Source: Eledone cirrhosa
Taxonomy: Eukaryota
DNA length: 64,000 bases
Direction: 5' to 3'
Assembly: GCA_964016885.1 (NCBI GenBank)
Contig: OZ024743.1
Coordinates: 286,998,001 to 287,062,000, forward strand
Position numbers and translations under genes: made by a program. The notes under the pieces were generated by a model, which made no database searches, was not told the DNA's origin, and worked only from the letters and a program-made list of their open reading frames with translations. Position 1 is the stretch's first letter. Each line of letters opens with the position of its first letter. Below are positions 24,907-40,517 of the stretch, piece by piece.

Positions 24907-27259
24907 TGGATTTATATGAAATGGATTACTGTTAAAAACATCCCGACACCCTCAAATGCTTCTTATGCCAAAATGTTAATTGAGAAAGTCGAAAATGTAG
25001 TACAAAGAATGAGATGGAAGGCAATGGTTTTTGATGGACAATTCGGTTTAAATTCCAAGGAGTGCTTTGACATCAAGTCAACCCACCAAGAGTTAAGGAT
25101 ATAGCCCCTTTTGAATCCGACTTAGTTAATATGATTAACCAACTAAAATTTCATAAGTACAATAATAATTTTCAAACTAAATATCTCTAATATTAAGTCT
25201 TCTAATAATAAGTTTGTATTTCCCCATAAGACTAAAAACTTATATGAAGTAAATAACGATTTATATAACCAACTTTTAACAGATAGCATCACTACCAAAT
25301 AACAAAAAGCCAAAAATAACACCCTTAATAATATAAATAATGAAGGCACATGGCTTAGTGGTTAGAGCATTGGCCAAGCAATCGAAAGGTTGTGAGTTCA
25401 ATTCTCAGACCGGGTGATGTGTTGTGTCCTTGAGCAAGACACTTTATTTCACATTGCTCCAGTTTACTCAGCTGTAGAAATGAGATGATAGGGACTGGGG
25501 TCCCTATCATTCCACTGCAAAGTGGTCGTGGAGGTACCACAGCAAAAAAGCACCCAGCCCACACTGTAAAGTGGACGTGTAGGCGCCACGGAAAAAAAGC
25601 CCCCAGCACTCACTGTAAATGAGGTTGGTGTTAAGAAGAGCATCCAGCTGAAGAAATCAAGCTAGAATCAGTTCCCGTCCCACCCTTGCAAGCAGGGAAA
25701 AGCGGACGTAAAAGGATGATGATGATGATGAATGAAGCTAAAGACATTGCAAGTAAATTAAAAATTGATAATAGAACTGAAAGCCTAGCTAAATCCTATA
25801 TTACACTGAAAGACCACAAAATAGATTACAATAACAGATTTAGTTGTAGACTCATTAACCCTGCTAAATCAGAAATTGGTCCTGCTAGTAAAAAAATTTT
25901 AAGAAATATAATATTAAAAATAAGAAGTAAAACAGAACTTTATCAATGGCTTAATACATCTTTAGTAGTTTCATGTTTTAATATTATACCTGATAAAAAT
26001 AGATCTAGATTCACTCAATTCGATATAATAGACTTCTACCCTCTATTACACAATCCTTATTAGCCAAAGCATTAGATTTCGCTAAAAGTTACACTAATAT
26101 ATCCGATTTAGAAGAGGAAGTAATTTTACATGCCCGGAAAACTCTACTTTTTGCCAAAAATGAATCTTGGGTAAAAAAAAATCTAACCAACCCAGAAAAC
26201 CCTTTTGATGTCTCTATGGGTTCCTTTGACAGTGGTGATGTGTGTGATTTGGTCGGTTTGTTCCTTCTACACACAATAAGGGAAAAACTCCCAGGTTATA
26301 CCATCGGGTTATATCGAGACGATGGGCTAGCAGTCTCTCATACCACCAATGGCCATGAACTCGACACTTTTCATAAAGATTTAATTAAACTATTCTCTGA
26401 CCTAAATCTTAAAATTACTATAGATACTATTCTTACTAACGTAAATTTCCTTGATATAAACCTTGACTTACTCACTGCTTCATTTAAACCTTGCCATAAA
26501 CCTAATGAGAATCTTAAATATATAAATAAACTATCTTGCCACCCTCCCATAGTATTTAAAAACCTCATCCCTAATATTAGCCGTAAGATATCTTCCATCT
26601 CCTCTTCTGAAGAAATATTTAATAAAGTAGCCCCTTACTATAATAAGGCCCTTAAAAATAGCGGATTCACTGAACAAATTAAATATATTTCTAACCCCTC
26701 TAATCCTTCTACACATAATAATAGGAAAAGAAAAATAATCTGGTTCACACCACCCTTCTCTTTAGCATTTAAAACTAATGTAGGTAGAAAATTCCTTGAA
26801 TTAGCAGATAAACATTCCCCCCATCACCATAAATATAGCAAAATTTTTAACAGAAACTGTGTCAAGATTAGTTATTCTTGCACTCCTTCCATAAAATCGA
26901 AAAATCACCACCGGAAAAACTGACAGAGGAATCCCAGGATGTTCGTGCAGAAACCCAGGTGAATGTCCTTTGCACCAGGATAAAAAGTTATGGCGCTGGC
27001 AAATAGAGTGTGGGAGATGAAAGAGCGTGGGGTTCCATATGAAATTGATTGGTCTATTTTAGACCAATCAAAAGAATATGTTAAAGGCACAAGAAGGTGT
27101 ACCTTCTGCGTAACAGAAAAATATAGAATTCTACAAAATCTGAAATCTCCCAACACTTGTCTTAACTCTAATTCTGAGATATTTAAAATTTGCCCACATA
27201 TAAGAACTCACCTCCTTTCTCGGTATCAAAACGCCATTTTGGACACTTACCCACCTTGA
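24907..27259 (+). pseudogene. Penelope-like RT + C-terminal endonuclease, frameshifted, GIY-YIG core deleted
   Basis: KNIPTPS..LIEKVE.V..RMRWKA; ITLKDHK..RLINPAKSEIG; FDIIDFYP; MGSFD..VCDLVG; GLYRDDGL; VNFLDI; IIWFTPPFS; CSCRNPGECPL; WSIL..C.FC..EK..I..LN..SE...CPH. Confidence 0.9.
25346..25730 (+). mobile_element. tRNA-derived SINE (family B) with RTE-derived tail, inserted in the Penelope ORF
   Basis: A box TGGCTTAGTGG, B box GTTCAATTC, CORE-like ttgtgtccttgagcaagacactt, RTE-like 3' end with (GAT)n, TSD AATGAAG at 25339-25345 and 25731-25737. Confidence 0.9.
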
Positions 27260-27719
27260 ACACTCTCTCCTTTTCACACATTCAACACTCTCTCTTACTT
27301 TAAACACTATGGACCTTTATCACACATTCAACACTTATATTAAGCCCTTATTTTATATTACACCTATTTTATTCATTTCTTCTTTTCCCTTATTTTTACC
27401 TTGAACAATCTCTCTTACTTTACATTTTCAACACTTATTTTATTTTACTTTACTTTATTTTTATTTTACATATTATTCACTTTTTGACTTCATCTTTTCC
27501 TGAACAATCTCTCTTATTTTACCACCCTGGACCTTTATCACATACTTTCAACAACAAAATATTTTTACAGCTCTGTTCTATACATAGAGCACTCGTTCTT
27601 CCCTTGCCTTTGTCACATTCTTTCAACAACAAAATATATTTATATATTTTTAATGGTCTGTTCTATACATAGAGCACTAGTTTTTTTTCCTTTGCTTTCT
27701 CTTCGGAATCACCTAACAT

Positions 27720-29773
<2,054 letters not shown>

Positions 29774-29940
29774 TCAACAGGGAAAAACATTAATCGCCTT
29801 TAATATTGCATTATCTTATAAGTATCTATAGGAGAAATAACGCTCGAATGAAAGACACTTGTTCAATAACATGCCGGAACATTGATATACATAACATAAT
29901 ATTATTAACTTTGATCATAACATAATATTATTAACTTTAA

Positions 29941-30130
29941 GGGCGGTGGATTGGCAGTATCGGTAGAGGGTCGGACGCCATGCTTTCAGCATAGTTACGT
30001 CCCTTTACGATCTGAGTTCAAATCCCGCCGAGGTTGACTTTGCCTTTCATCCTTACGGGGTCGATAAAATAAAGTACCAGTAATGCACTGGGTAATTGCT
30101 GGCCTTGTGCCTAAAGTAGAAACAATTATT
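29941..30130 (+). mobile_element. tRNA-derived SINE (family A), well-preserved reference copy
   Basis: A box TGGCAGTATCGG, B box GTTCAAATCC, central GCCTTTCATCCTTACGGGGTCGATAAAATAAAGTACCAG domain, ATT tail. Confidence 0.92.
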
Positions 30131-31331
30131 TCTTTATTTCTTTATCTTCCTATCTAAGTTTTAAATTTTAGTTTAATATCTAACTCATACATTTTTATGG
30201 AACTTATTTCTAACTGTGAATCTTTCATGTGTTTGTTATCTCTTATTTATAATATGTATATAATTATATTTTCTACGTTTTTTAAATACACCTACTGCAT
30301 TTTTATATCCATCATTCAAATATAGAGCAAATATACAAACTACAAATTATTATAGACCTTATTTTGAACTCTGAATTATCCATGCATTTATTATTGCTTT
30401 TATATATATATATATGTATTTAACTATAACACGTTCGAACTTTATTATATAAAATTATAACCGTTATCATTTACCTAAAGTATACTGTATCAATAATACC
30501 TAATGTATATCCATATATATCTCCCTGTATCTTTCTATACATACTTTTTAGTTAACTTCTAAATTTCTTGATTATTATTTATTTCGAACTATGAATAATT
30601 AATGCATTTACACCCTGTTATATATAGGTATATATTTAACTTTAGTATGCCTCATTTTATTACTTTATTTTTATTTTCGTTATCATTTACCTAAAATATA
30701 CTGGCTCATTAATATATATCTATATACATAATCGTTATTTAAATATTTTTAACAATAAGATTTACATACCATATATGTTGACAATGATTATCTTCGGTAA
30801 AGTTTACATTTAGGAAAATATTCGACAGTGTAAAATTTCCTTTCCGCTGGCCAGCTAAATCCTTTAAATGTTATCCTCATAAAATTCCGAAGTCTAGAAA
30901 TGTTAAAACACTTATAGAATTTACAAAACTAATAAATATAAATAACCAGCAATTTTAAAAAAAAACCCTAAAATCTTGATTCTTCACCCTAAAATAGCAT
31001 AAATTAAATATTTTCAAACTTAGCCGTTTAACTTTCGGAAAATCTCCTTCTACATATATTACCCCTTATCTTTCCCTCTCTATATATCCTATTCCAGTGG
31101 CTCTCATTGACTGTTTTCCTAGATAAATTGTAGTATCATACATTTTAAAATCTCTATAACTGTTACATTAAGCAACGTTTTTCTTACTCACACATTCTCT
31201 ATTGAATTTATTACGTTTTCGCATTTTCTCATTATTAGGGTATAAATGTTAAACTTTCTCTTAGGTTAATCACTACCTTGATTAAATCTTAACCATTTAA
31301 CCATTTAACATCTCAGGGTATGTCATGTATC

Positions 31332-31394
31332 ATTATATTTTGTCTGATGAGGACGTACTGTTGTACATCCGAAATATGTATAATAAAATGTAAT
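31332..31394 (+). ncRNA. Type I hammerhead ribozyme
   Basis: ATTATATTTTGT-CTGATGA-GGACGTAC tgtt GTACATCC-GAAA-TATGTA-TA-ATAAAATGTAAT: 12-bp stem I with GU pairs, 7/8-bp stem II. Confidence 0.85.
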
Positions 31395-31450
31395 TGATCA
31401 AAAGAACATCTATTTTATTAATATTTGTATTTTAATATATATATATATAT

Positions 31451-31520
31451 ATATATAAGAACAAAAGATGGTTAAAAGAGTTCCATGGAACTCTTTTAAC
31501 CATCTTTTGTTCTTATATAT
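31451..31520. repeat. Perfect 70-bp palindrome
   Basis: ATATATAAGAACAAAAGATGGTTAAAAGAGTTCCA|TGGAACTCTTTTAACCATCTTTTGTTCTTATATAT. Confidence 0.95.
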
Positions 31521-31607
31521 TATGTATACTCCAGTCCTACAAATTGTAGAGTGCTTCTTATCCGATATCTGCATTGCTTTATTGTACTACAATAAAACTC
31601 ACCTCCT

Positions 31608-31714
<107 letters not shown>

Positions 31715-32370
31715 TGTGTGTGTGTATATTTATATTTATGTGGTCGTTGTATTTTGGCATGCTTCAAGCTGTTCATACTTCCACTGGACACATACATGCA
31801 CGTATCTATTTGTAGTTTTGCATATGTGATCGTATTTATGGTTAACTCTATGTGTGTGCCGTCTCCGTATCATTTTGTATCCTGGGTCTTGTCTTTTTAT
31901 CCATTCGGACGAAGCTCGTTGATGAAGTAACTCCAGTCCCCCGATTATCTGTAAGTCTTATATTTTTATATGAGCTGATAGATGACGGTTTAAGGATTTA
32001 CAGAAACCCAAGAAGCTAGATATTCCATCTCTCTAGTGGGTCCGGGTATGCATTTTACATTCATTTCATTTATTGATTTATTGATAATTTATCTGAGTGT
32101 CCCGAATCTTCCATATCGAACTTTTCGGTTATTTGGTTGATTGTAGACATATTCTACGTGTGACGGTATTTTAACGATAGTTATAGCTCTAATTTATTTG
32201 AATTATAGAGCCCTCTGCCGCTCATCTCGAATTTTGTTTATCGTGAACTCGTGCGCCGATTTTTCGATACTCGATTATTCTACTATATATATATATATAT
32301 ATATATATAAAGGGACGGAAAAAATGAAACGAAATTTCATTTCTCACTCTTAGTACGGCTGTTACTTAAA

Positions 32371-32640
32371 TATAAGTATGTATACGTACATACATATATG
32401 TATACAGACGTACAGTAGTATGTATATATATATATTCATGCACATATATATATGTACGCATGGATTTACCGAACATTTATTATAATGCTCGGTTTGTTTG
32501 TAACAAACAAACAAACCGAGAATTATAATAAATGTTCGGTAAATCCAGACGTACATATATATATGTGCATGTATGTATATATATATACATACTACTGTAC
32601 GTCTGTATACATATATGTATGTACGTATACATACTTATAT
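32371..32640. repeat. ~270-bp fold-back palindrome
   Basis: Arms centred near 32502 (ctcggtttgtttgt/acaaacaaaccgag), near-identical. Confidence 0.92.
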
Positions 32641-32642
32641 AT

Positions 32643-33460
32643 AAGGAATAACTACTTAATTAGATTATAAAAACAGTAAGGAAGTATAAAGGAAGTTAGA
32701 AGTGATTTTTTAAGAACTCAAATGACTCCAAGGATACATAAAAAAAACTTTAAAACAAATTATTTTTTTTTATTTTTATGAGAAGTCATAAATTTATAAA
32801 GATAAAAAATTTATCTTAAGAATATAATTAAAACATAAACCATAGGTTATTTTATAAGAAGTCATAAATTTATCTTAAGAATATAATTAAAACATAAACC
32901 ATAGGTTATTTTATAAGAAGTCATAAATGTTATAAAGTTTAAAAATTTATCATAAGAATATAATTAAAACATAAACCATAGGTTATTTTATAAGAAGTCA
33001 TAAATGTTATAAAGTTAAAAAAAATTATCTTAAGAATCTAATTAAAACATAAACCATAGGTTATTCCACATATATATAAAAACCATACGTTATTCCACAT
33101 ATATATAAATATTAGGATACATATTAAAAATGTTTGAAGATATAAAATATTGGAAGATATGAAAATAATGGTTTTTCCATATCTTTCAAAGATATTTTAT
33201 ATCTTCAAACATTTTTAATATATATATCCAAATATTTATATATATGTGGAATAACGTATGGTTTTTATATATATGTGGAATAACCTATGGTTTATGTTTT
33301 AATTATATTCTTAAGATAAATTTTTTTAACTTTATAACATTTATGACTTCTCATAGAAATTTATGTATCCTTGGAGTCATTTGAGTTCTTAAAAAATCAC
33401 TTCTAACTTCCTTTATACTTCCTTACTGTTTTTTATAATCTAATTAAGTAGTTATTCCTT
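32643..33460. repeat. Large inverted repeat with ~76-bp tandem units in the left arm
   Basis: aaggaataactac... pairs with ...gtagttattcctt; centre ~33170. The unit aagtcataaa..aagaatataattaaaacataaaccataggttat occurs 4 times on the left and once on the right. Confidence 0.9.
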
Positions 33461-34210
33461 TGTAAACTCTCGTAAATTTTCATAAATTTGGAATTATTTT
33501 GATGTTTAAGTTTTGACTTACAACTATTAATAAATATAATTTTGCCAAACTTACTTTAATCAAATAAACTATACTAGATTTTCTCCAATGTAAAATACTA
33601 TACATTTAAATAATTTATAATCCATAACATACACATCTAAACCAATATATTATTACTAATACATCTTAATATAAATACTTGTTTTAATTTTAATATTAAT
33701 ATTAAATTAAATTTTTAATATTAAAGTAAATTTTAATCTTTAATTTTGATTTTTAATTTTTATTTTTAATTTTAATTTTAAATAATATTTTTAAATATTT
33801 AATTTTCAACTTATCATTATAAATATTATAATCACAACGTAATGAACCCTACATTCTGAATATTCCACGTTAATCTTATTTCTTCTTTCACTTAGATATA
33901 TTTACATTCTTCCATTAAAATTTATTTCCTCGTTCACTTTGATTATCTTCACTATCACTATGTATAATCGTTCTTTCTTCTTCTCTCTTTCTCCTTCCTT
34001 TTCTTCTCTCTCCCTTACATATCCTCTTCTTCCAACAGTTTAATTTAAATAAACCGTTATCTTTTCAATTTTTCGGACACTCATTTGCATACTCACTAAT
34101 AACTTTGTATTACCCTCAATAAAATATTATCTCCACTATCCAGGAAGCTCCAACCGTTAAGGTTGTCTTTTTTTCCGGGTATGTCAATATTTATTTATAA
34201 AACAAATCTG

Positions 34211-34276
34211 TATTTTATCTGATGAAAGCGCACCATAATTTGCCTTGATTGCCCTTGAAATATATATAATAAAATA
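34211..34276 (+). ncRNA. Type I hammerhead ribozyme
   Basis: TATTTTAT-CTGATGA-AAGCGCA..TGCCCTT-GAAA-TATATA-TA-ATAAAATA: perfect 8-bp stem I, 6/7-bp stem II. Confidence 0.8.
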
Positions 34277-34311
34277 AATATGGTTTTATAAATATAGTTT
34301 CCATTTATTAG

Positions 34312-35080
34312 TGGATGAATCTATGTCCTGATTCTTTTTGAATTGAGTTTGAATTATTTTCCCACATCTTACGTTAACTATTTTTCCATTTTGACGCTAT
34401 AGTCACTTATATATTATGGAATACTGTTGGCTTCTTGCTACAATAATTTCTATACTTTTCATTTATATTTATACTCGGATTTCTTTCCTAGAGTGCTTAA
34501 AATTTATTTGTGACTAATCCCGGTCTTTTTTTTTTTTTAAACCGCGATAATATTGCTTTTGCTGAACTCCTTATATTGTAGAGTTTTTTTCGGAATGTTT
34601 TTGACTGTTGTTTCATGTAAACAGACATTCGTCTCATTCTGACGTCACCAGCCCTGTCTCTACATGTGCGTTTTTCTTCATAATTACGCATGATGTTGAA
34701 CTAGCCTACTTTTAAATTCCCTTTTTGGCATATTGTAAACAGTGGTACTTTGGTTATCGTGTCCTTGAGCTCTGCTGATGATCGACTCCAACCGTGACCA
34801 TCCCCACTGAAATAATCTTTAAGCATTTGTAGTTTTTCCAAATTGAAGGATGAGTATTTTAAACTTTATTTTATTCTGAGTTAAGGCTCGATTGATTTTT
34901 CCCTGGATTTCACCAAATTATGTGGATGAATCTATATCCTGATTCTTTTTGAATTGAGTTTGAATTATTTTCCCACATCTTACGTTAACTATTTTTCCAT
35001 TTCGACGCTATAGTCACTTATATATTATGGAATACTGTTGGCTTCTTGCTACAGTAATTTCTATACTTTTCATTTATATT
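34312..35080. repeat. ~160-bp direct repeat (34312-34470 and 34922-35080)
   Basis: gtggatgaatctat..cttttcatttatatt present twice, near-identical. Confidence 0.9.
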
Positions 35081-35091
35081 GTATATATATA

Positions 35092-35255
35092 TATATATAT
35101 ATGTGTGTGCGTTCACGTATGTATGTTGTTGCAGACCTGTGTGTCTATACAACTTGTGTCTGTGCCATATATATGTATATATGGCACAGACACAAGTTGT
35201 ATAGACACACAGGTCTGCAACAACATACATACGCGAACACACACATATATATATA
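35092..35255. repeat. ~160-bp fold-back palindrome
   Basis: gtatgttgttgcagacctgtgtgtctatacaacttgtgtctgtgccata followed by its reverse complement. Confidence 0.92.
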
Positions 35256-35379
35256 TACAATATATTAATATATACATATATATGTATATATGCATGTATA
35301 TGTATTTATGCATGTATATGTATATATATATGTATATATGTGAGTGTGTATATGACTGTATGTATGTCTGTATATTTTT

Positions 35380-35730
35380 TGCGTATGTATATGTGTATGT
35401 TCGTGGACATGTATGTTTGTATATATATATATATGTGTGTGTATATACATGTATGTATATATACATATATATATATTTTCCTTTTATCTGAATGTGTGTA
35501 TATGTATGTACACATATGTCTTTTTCTATATTGCTATATATTTTTTTTAAACTCTTCTTACCCTTCTTTTCTTATGTATATTTCCCGTTATTTTTCCAGC
35601 CTCACTTCCAATTTTTAACAGATTTTAAATCTCATTTCATATCTTTTATCTATAACATCTCTGCCTGACGACCAATCCAGAAACCTTTGGTAATGGAGTA
35701 GTTTTATTTCGTGTTGTTCAATTTCTAATT
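35380..35730 (+). mobile_element. Solo pLTR-like copy, inverted relative to 24080-24670, with stem-II-deleted hammerhead
   Basis: Reverse complement of 24080-24345 plus 24555-24670, without the SINE insert; CTGACGA-CCAATCCA-GAAA-CCTTTGG-TA at 35665-35692. Confidence 0.8.
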
Positions 35731-35788
35731 ATATATATATATATATATATAGTGACGAAACATAAGTCAATTGTATGAACTCATAATC

Positions 35789-35859
35789 CTTTATTTACTG
35801 CTATATATATTTCGATGATAGCCATTGTATGGCTATGACCTGATCAGGCAGTCAATAAG
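35789..35859 (-). ncRNA. Type I hammerhead, core variant CUGAUCA (probably inactive)
   Basis: TTATTGACTGC-CTGATCA-GGTCATAGCCAT aca ATGGCTATCATC-GAAA-TATATA-TA-GCAGTAAATAA. Confidence 0.7.
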
Positions 35860-36031
35860 TTTTTAGATATGCCAGCTCTGGGTTTTTGGTGTTGATGGTT
35901 TTAGAGCCTTGGGACACATGTCCCAAGGCTCTAAAACCAATTATAACACTATTATAACTCCGGAATTTATATCTTCGTTGAGTGCTCCCTATCCGCATAC
36001 TGAAGTACTGGATTTTACCAACACTTTTTTG

Positions 36032-36066
<35 letters not shown>

Positions 36067-36142
36067 GATATTAAGAAATGGGAACTATATTTATAAAACC
36101 ATATTTATTTCATTATACATATTTCAAGGACACCAAGTTACA

Positions 36143-36675
<533 letters not shown>

Positions 36676-36732
36676 GAATTCCTTTCATTAATATAATCTT
36701 CTATGCACAATCATACACACCCGTGTATATTT

Positions 36733-36817
<85 letters not shown>

Positions 36818-38444
36818 CATGTATGTGTATGTAGAGAGAGGTGGGGTGATAGTATGTATGTATGTATAGAGAGAGAGAGATAGGGGGCGTTTAATACCTG
36901 AATAATGGAGGATCATGAAGACAGAGTCCTCAAACACTCCTTCCTGTGGGTCTAGTCAGAAGCAACTGAAGAAGAAGAAGAAGAAGAAGAAGAAGAAGAA
37001 ATGATGATGATGATTATGTCAGGTTAGTACCCAGATCGTTGTGACTGAAAAGTAAATTTTTTATTGTAGCAATGTGACTGAGACAATAGATTCATTGTGT
37101 TTATGAGTATGTATGTTAGTGTGTGTAAATTTTTAAAGAGTTACAGATAGATCTAAGATCTATAATCTACTTTGTAGAGGAAGCTTTATAGTGGCATTGA
37201 AGTTGTGCATTTCCAAGTATCTCTATCTTTGCTGATAGATCCAATGGCAAGATGACTGATACCTTCTCCCAACTGCATGAGGCTGCCTGAAATCCAGTCT
37301 ATTAGAACCACCTTAAATTTGACTGCTACAACTTCTACTTTATCAGGATGTACTCCTCTAGCCTTTGTCTTCCCAGACTCACTCACAAGGCAACAAGGTA
37401 GTGCAGATAGGTCACCTCCACTACGGCTAAAGAAGTCTATCTACCTTTCTACTAGACAGATGTTCTGACAAGAACTAGGAGTCCATCACTTCCATGGTAG
37501 CCATACAATACTCATTCACAGTTTTTTGTGTATTTCTATGACTCTGTATACTATTGCTAGCTAGTGGTTGGCCGTATGCTACATGCATTCATTTATGTAC
37601 AAGACAAGTCATTTACAGGTCAAACTGATGCTATATTAAAACCCCGTGGTTGTGAAACAAACCTCTGAACCATAGAGCTATGCATGTAGGGGAAGAATGT
37701 GTGTATGTGTGAATGTGTGTGTGTTAGAGAGATAGTGACTGACAATTTTTCATTCAAAGATACATATACATGGCTGTAGAAATAAATAAATGCTCCCATA
37801 TAAGCAGATTATGTGTCCATTAGGTGAATCTACAGTCATTCTACAATTGACATTCTAACAAAATATCTGTATGCTAATATTGAAACTTATGAAGGTGGAT
37901 AGAACCTATTGATTTTCCCATTGCATGTTGAATCCATCAATAGATTTGTTAAGGATATAGAAAACATTCCAGAAGCTCAACTTTTAACCTATCTTAATTA
38001 TTTTCTCATCCACAGGGAAGAGTCTTATGACTCTGTCAACAATTTTTGTATTATTAAAGAAAATGGAAATAAATACTAAAGAGACATGCCTTAAGTCATA
38101 CCATTAAGAATAAGGAATATTTGTGGAATATTCTTATTGGAATTTCCATTAAGTGCACACAATGAATTTGATATCGTCTTCTGGGACAGAAATCCAAAAT
38201 AAATGTCGATGGATGTGGCATTTAGCTACTTGATGTTATTCTGTGTTAACAGAAAACAAAACAATGATGGATGGTTATTCCAATACCAATATTTTCTGCA
38301 TCTTCATTAATTGGCTAATACTTGCACTCCAGAAAATTGGTTTACTAGATATCCTATAATGTGGTTAATACAATAAACAGACGGCCTTGTTTCAAGCTGG
38401 GAAATTCAAAAATAAATAATATAAACCTTTTCCAATCCCAGGAA

Positions 38445-39045
38445 TAATCCATAGAAGTGATTGATAGTTTCTGCTACCTAGTTGATATAAATAGCAGTCC
38501 AGGAGGGGAGCATAGTAGGTAGGATAAGGACATGATGGAAGAAGTTTAGGGAATTGCTACTCTTGCTAAAAACAAAAAAGTTTCTCCCTATGAATGAAAG
38601 GTCAGCTGTATCATGCCTGAGTATGAAGTGCCATACTGCATGGTACTGGAACATGGGCAGTGAATGCAGAGGACATGCAGAGGCTGGAAAGAAATGAGGC
38701 AAGCATGCTTCGATGGATGTATAATGTTAATGTGCAAGAACGACAAAGCATGGATGAACTGAGAGAAAAACTGGGTATAAGAGGAATTAAAAGTAATGTG
38801 CAGGAGAGGAAACTGCATTGATATAGAGATGTGATGCACATGGATGATGATTGATGGGTGAAGAAGTGCCAAGCAATCCCAGTGGAAGGAAGCCACATTA
38901 GAAGAAGACTAAGGAAGACCTTGATGGAAGTGGTGAGAGCTGATCTCTGATTGCTAAAGCTCATGGAGATGACAAAGGAATGCGACAAGTGGAGAGATGC
39001 TCCATGCACCAGTGGAACAACAGATATAGAATGATGGTGATGATT
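38445..39045 (+). mobile_element. Decayed RTE family 1-like 3' ORF fragment
   Basis: DSFCYL..WKKFRELL..RLERNEASMLRWM..ELREKLGIRGI. Confidence 0.85.
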
Positions 39046-39213
39046 TTACAATATATTTTAATTTTTAATTTGATTTTTAGTAAGAACTAATTTTTGCAGA
39101 TCAAAATCCTTCAAGTCGACCGACTACTATTGTGAAATGTGTGACAAAACCCTCATTCACATTGTAATATGTGGTTCCATGCTACAACCTTCAGAAGCTT
39201 GGGAGGTAAAGGT

Positions 39214-39269
39214 GAATGAATTCTGATGAGACATAAAGATAGTGAAACAAGCTGGTTTGATTTTCATTC
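39214..39269 (+). ncRNA. Degenerate type I hammerhead motif
   Basis: GAATGAATT-CTGATGA-GAC..GT-GAAA-CAAGCTGG-TT..TTCATTC; near-palindromic stem III. Confidence 0.45.
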
Positions 39270-40354
39270 CAAGTGACTGAAAAGAAAAGCAGGTGGGCTG
39301 CTCAGGGGCCTAATTTCACAACATGACTAAATTTATATGGATATGCCTCTGTATATATATTTAAGTTTCTGTTATATAAATGAAAGTTCATATATGGATT
39401 GTTTACTTCCCCGAGTTTATAGGTTTTTTTATCTGGATGGTCTTTTATGGTCCCTGTGTCCCAGTGTCTGTTCAACATGCCACTCAGTTAACTGATGATG
39501 TGCAATATATACTCATTCAAGCTGAGCACCTAACCTCTCTCAGTTCAAAGACTGACCTGTGTAGTGAAAAGCTACATCCTACATGAGGTGCCTCTGATAT
39601 TGCTATCATAGGATAGCCTAGCAGAACATGTCGGATCTAGAGGAGTAAGCCTCGATAAAAATCTTGCTTGTCTCATAGTAAGCAGTAGCTCATGCGACGA
39701 TCATCAGTTTAATTAGATGACCTCTGTGCCGTGAACACCAATGGATTCCCAGATGATTGACTATTAATTTGATTATGGGTTGGCACAACTGCTCCAGTGG
39801 AGAAATCTAGGATGCAGATGTAACAAGTGACATATATTCTAGCCATTAGAAAAAGCAAAATGAATACTTCACTTTCGATGGAAGGAGGACTCAAGAAGAA
39901 GATATTTGTACCCCATCAATTCTCCGCATGAAACATATAACAAAATATTTAAAACATACACATACACACACATATACATATGTATAGGGAGAAAGAGAGT
40001 ACTTGGACAATTTAGACAAACATCCACTATACATTCAAAATATAGGCCACACCCACTGACACAGAAAGGGCTATGTACTATTACTCTCTTACATGATGAG
40101 TCGGCTCTGAATGAAATGTACTGAGCATTTTTCAATCTAATATGTCACCAACATTATGTAATTCTTTTATTTGTCTTTAGCCAGCCATCTGACAAAGTCG
40201 TATCACCTAAACTACATTACATAACCACCAAAAGACATTACAGAAATGTGTATAACAGTAATTAAGTGAATTAATTAATTGAAATATGAATATATATATA
40301 TATATATATATAACCCATGTGAGCGTGGAATATGGACGTTAAACGATGATGATG

Positions 40355-40386
<32 letters not shown>

Positions 40387-40517
40387 GACAGTAAAAATAC
40401 GATCGTGATGGCGAGTGGTTTCGGTTTGTATTTGGCAAGTCCTTTCAAAGGTGTACTCCCCTGATTGTGGTCTTCCCAATTGCAGAACCACAGACTTTAT
40501 ATATATAATAATAATAT

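Noticed and set aside
29941-30030. tRNA gene
   Set aside because: A/B boxes belong to a multicopy SINE head; no complete cloverleaf.
32780-33065. CRISPR-like regular repeats
   Set aside because: Tandem units without unique spacers, eukaryotic context, no cas genes.
34776-34830. Other CTGATGA matches (34776, 5519, 39553, 46409)
   Set aside because: No supporting stems or correctly placed GAAA/NUH.
39099-39205. Plus-strand exon with YYCEMCDKT zinc-finger-like motif
   Set aside because: Isolated, with no second ligand pair or partner exons, and adjacent to a hammerhead remnant.
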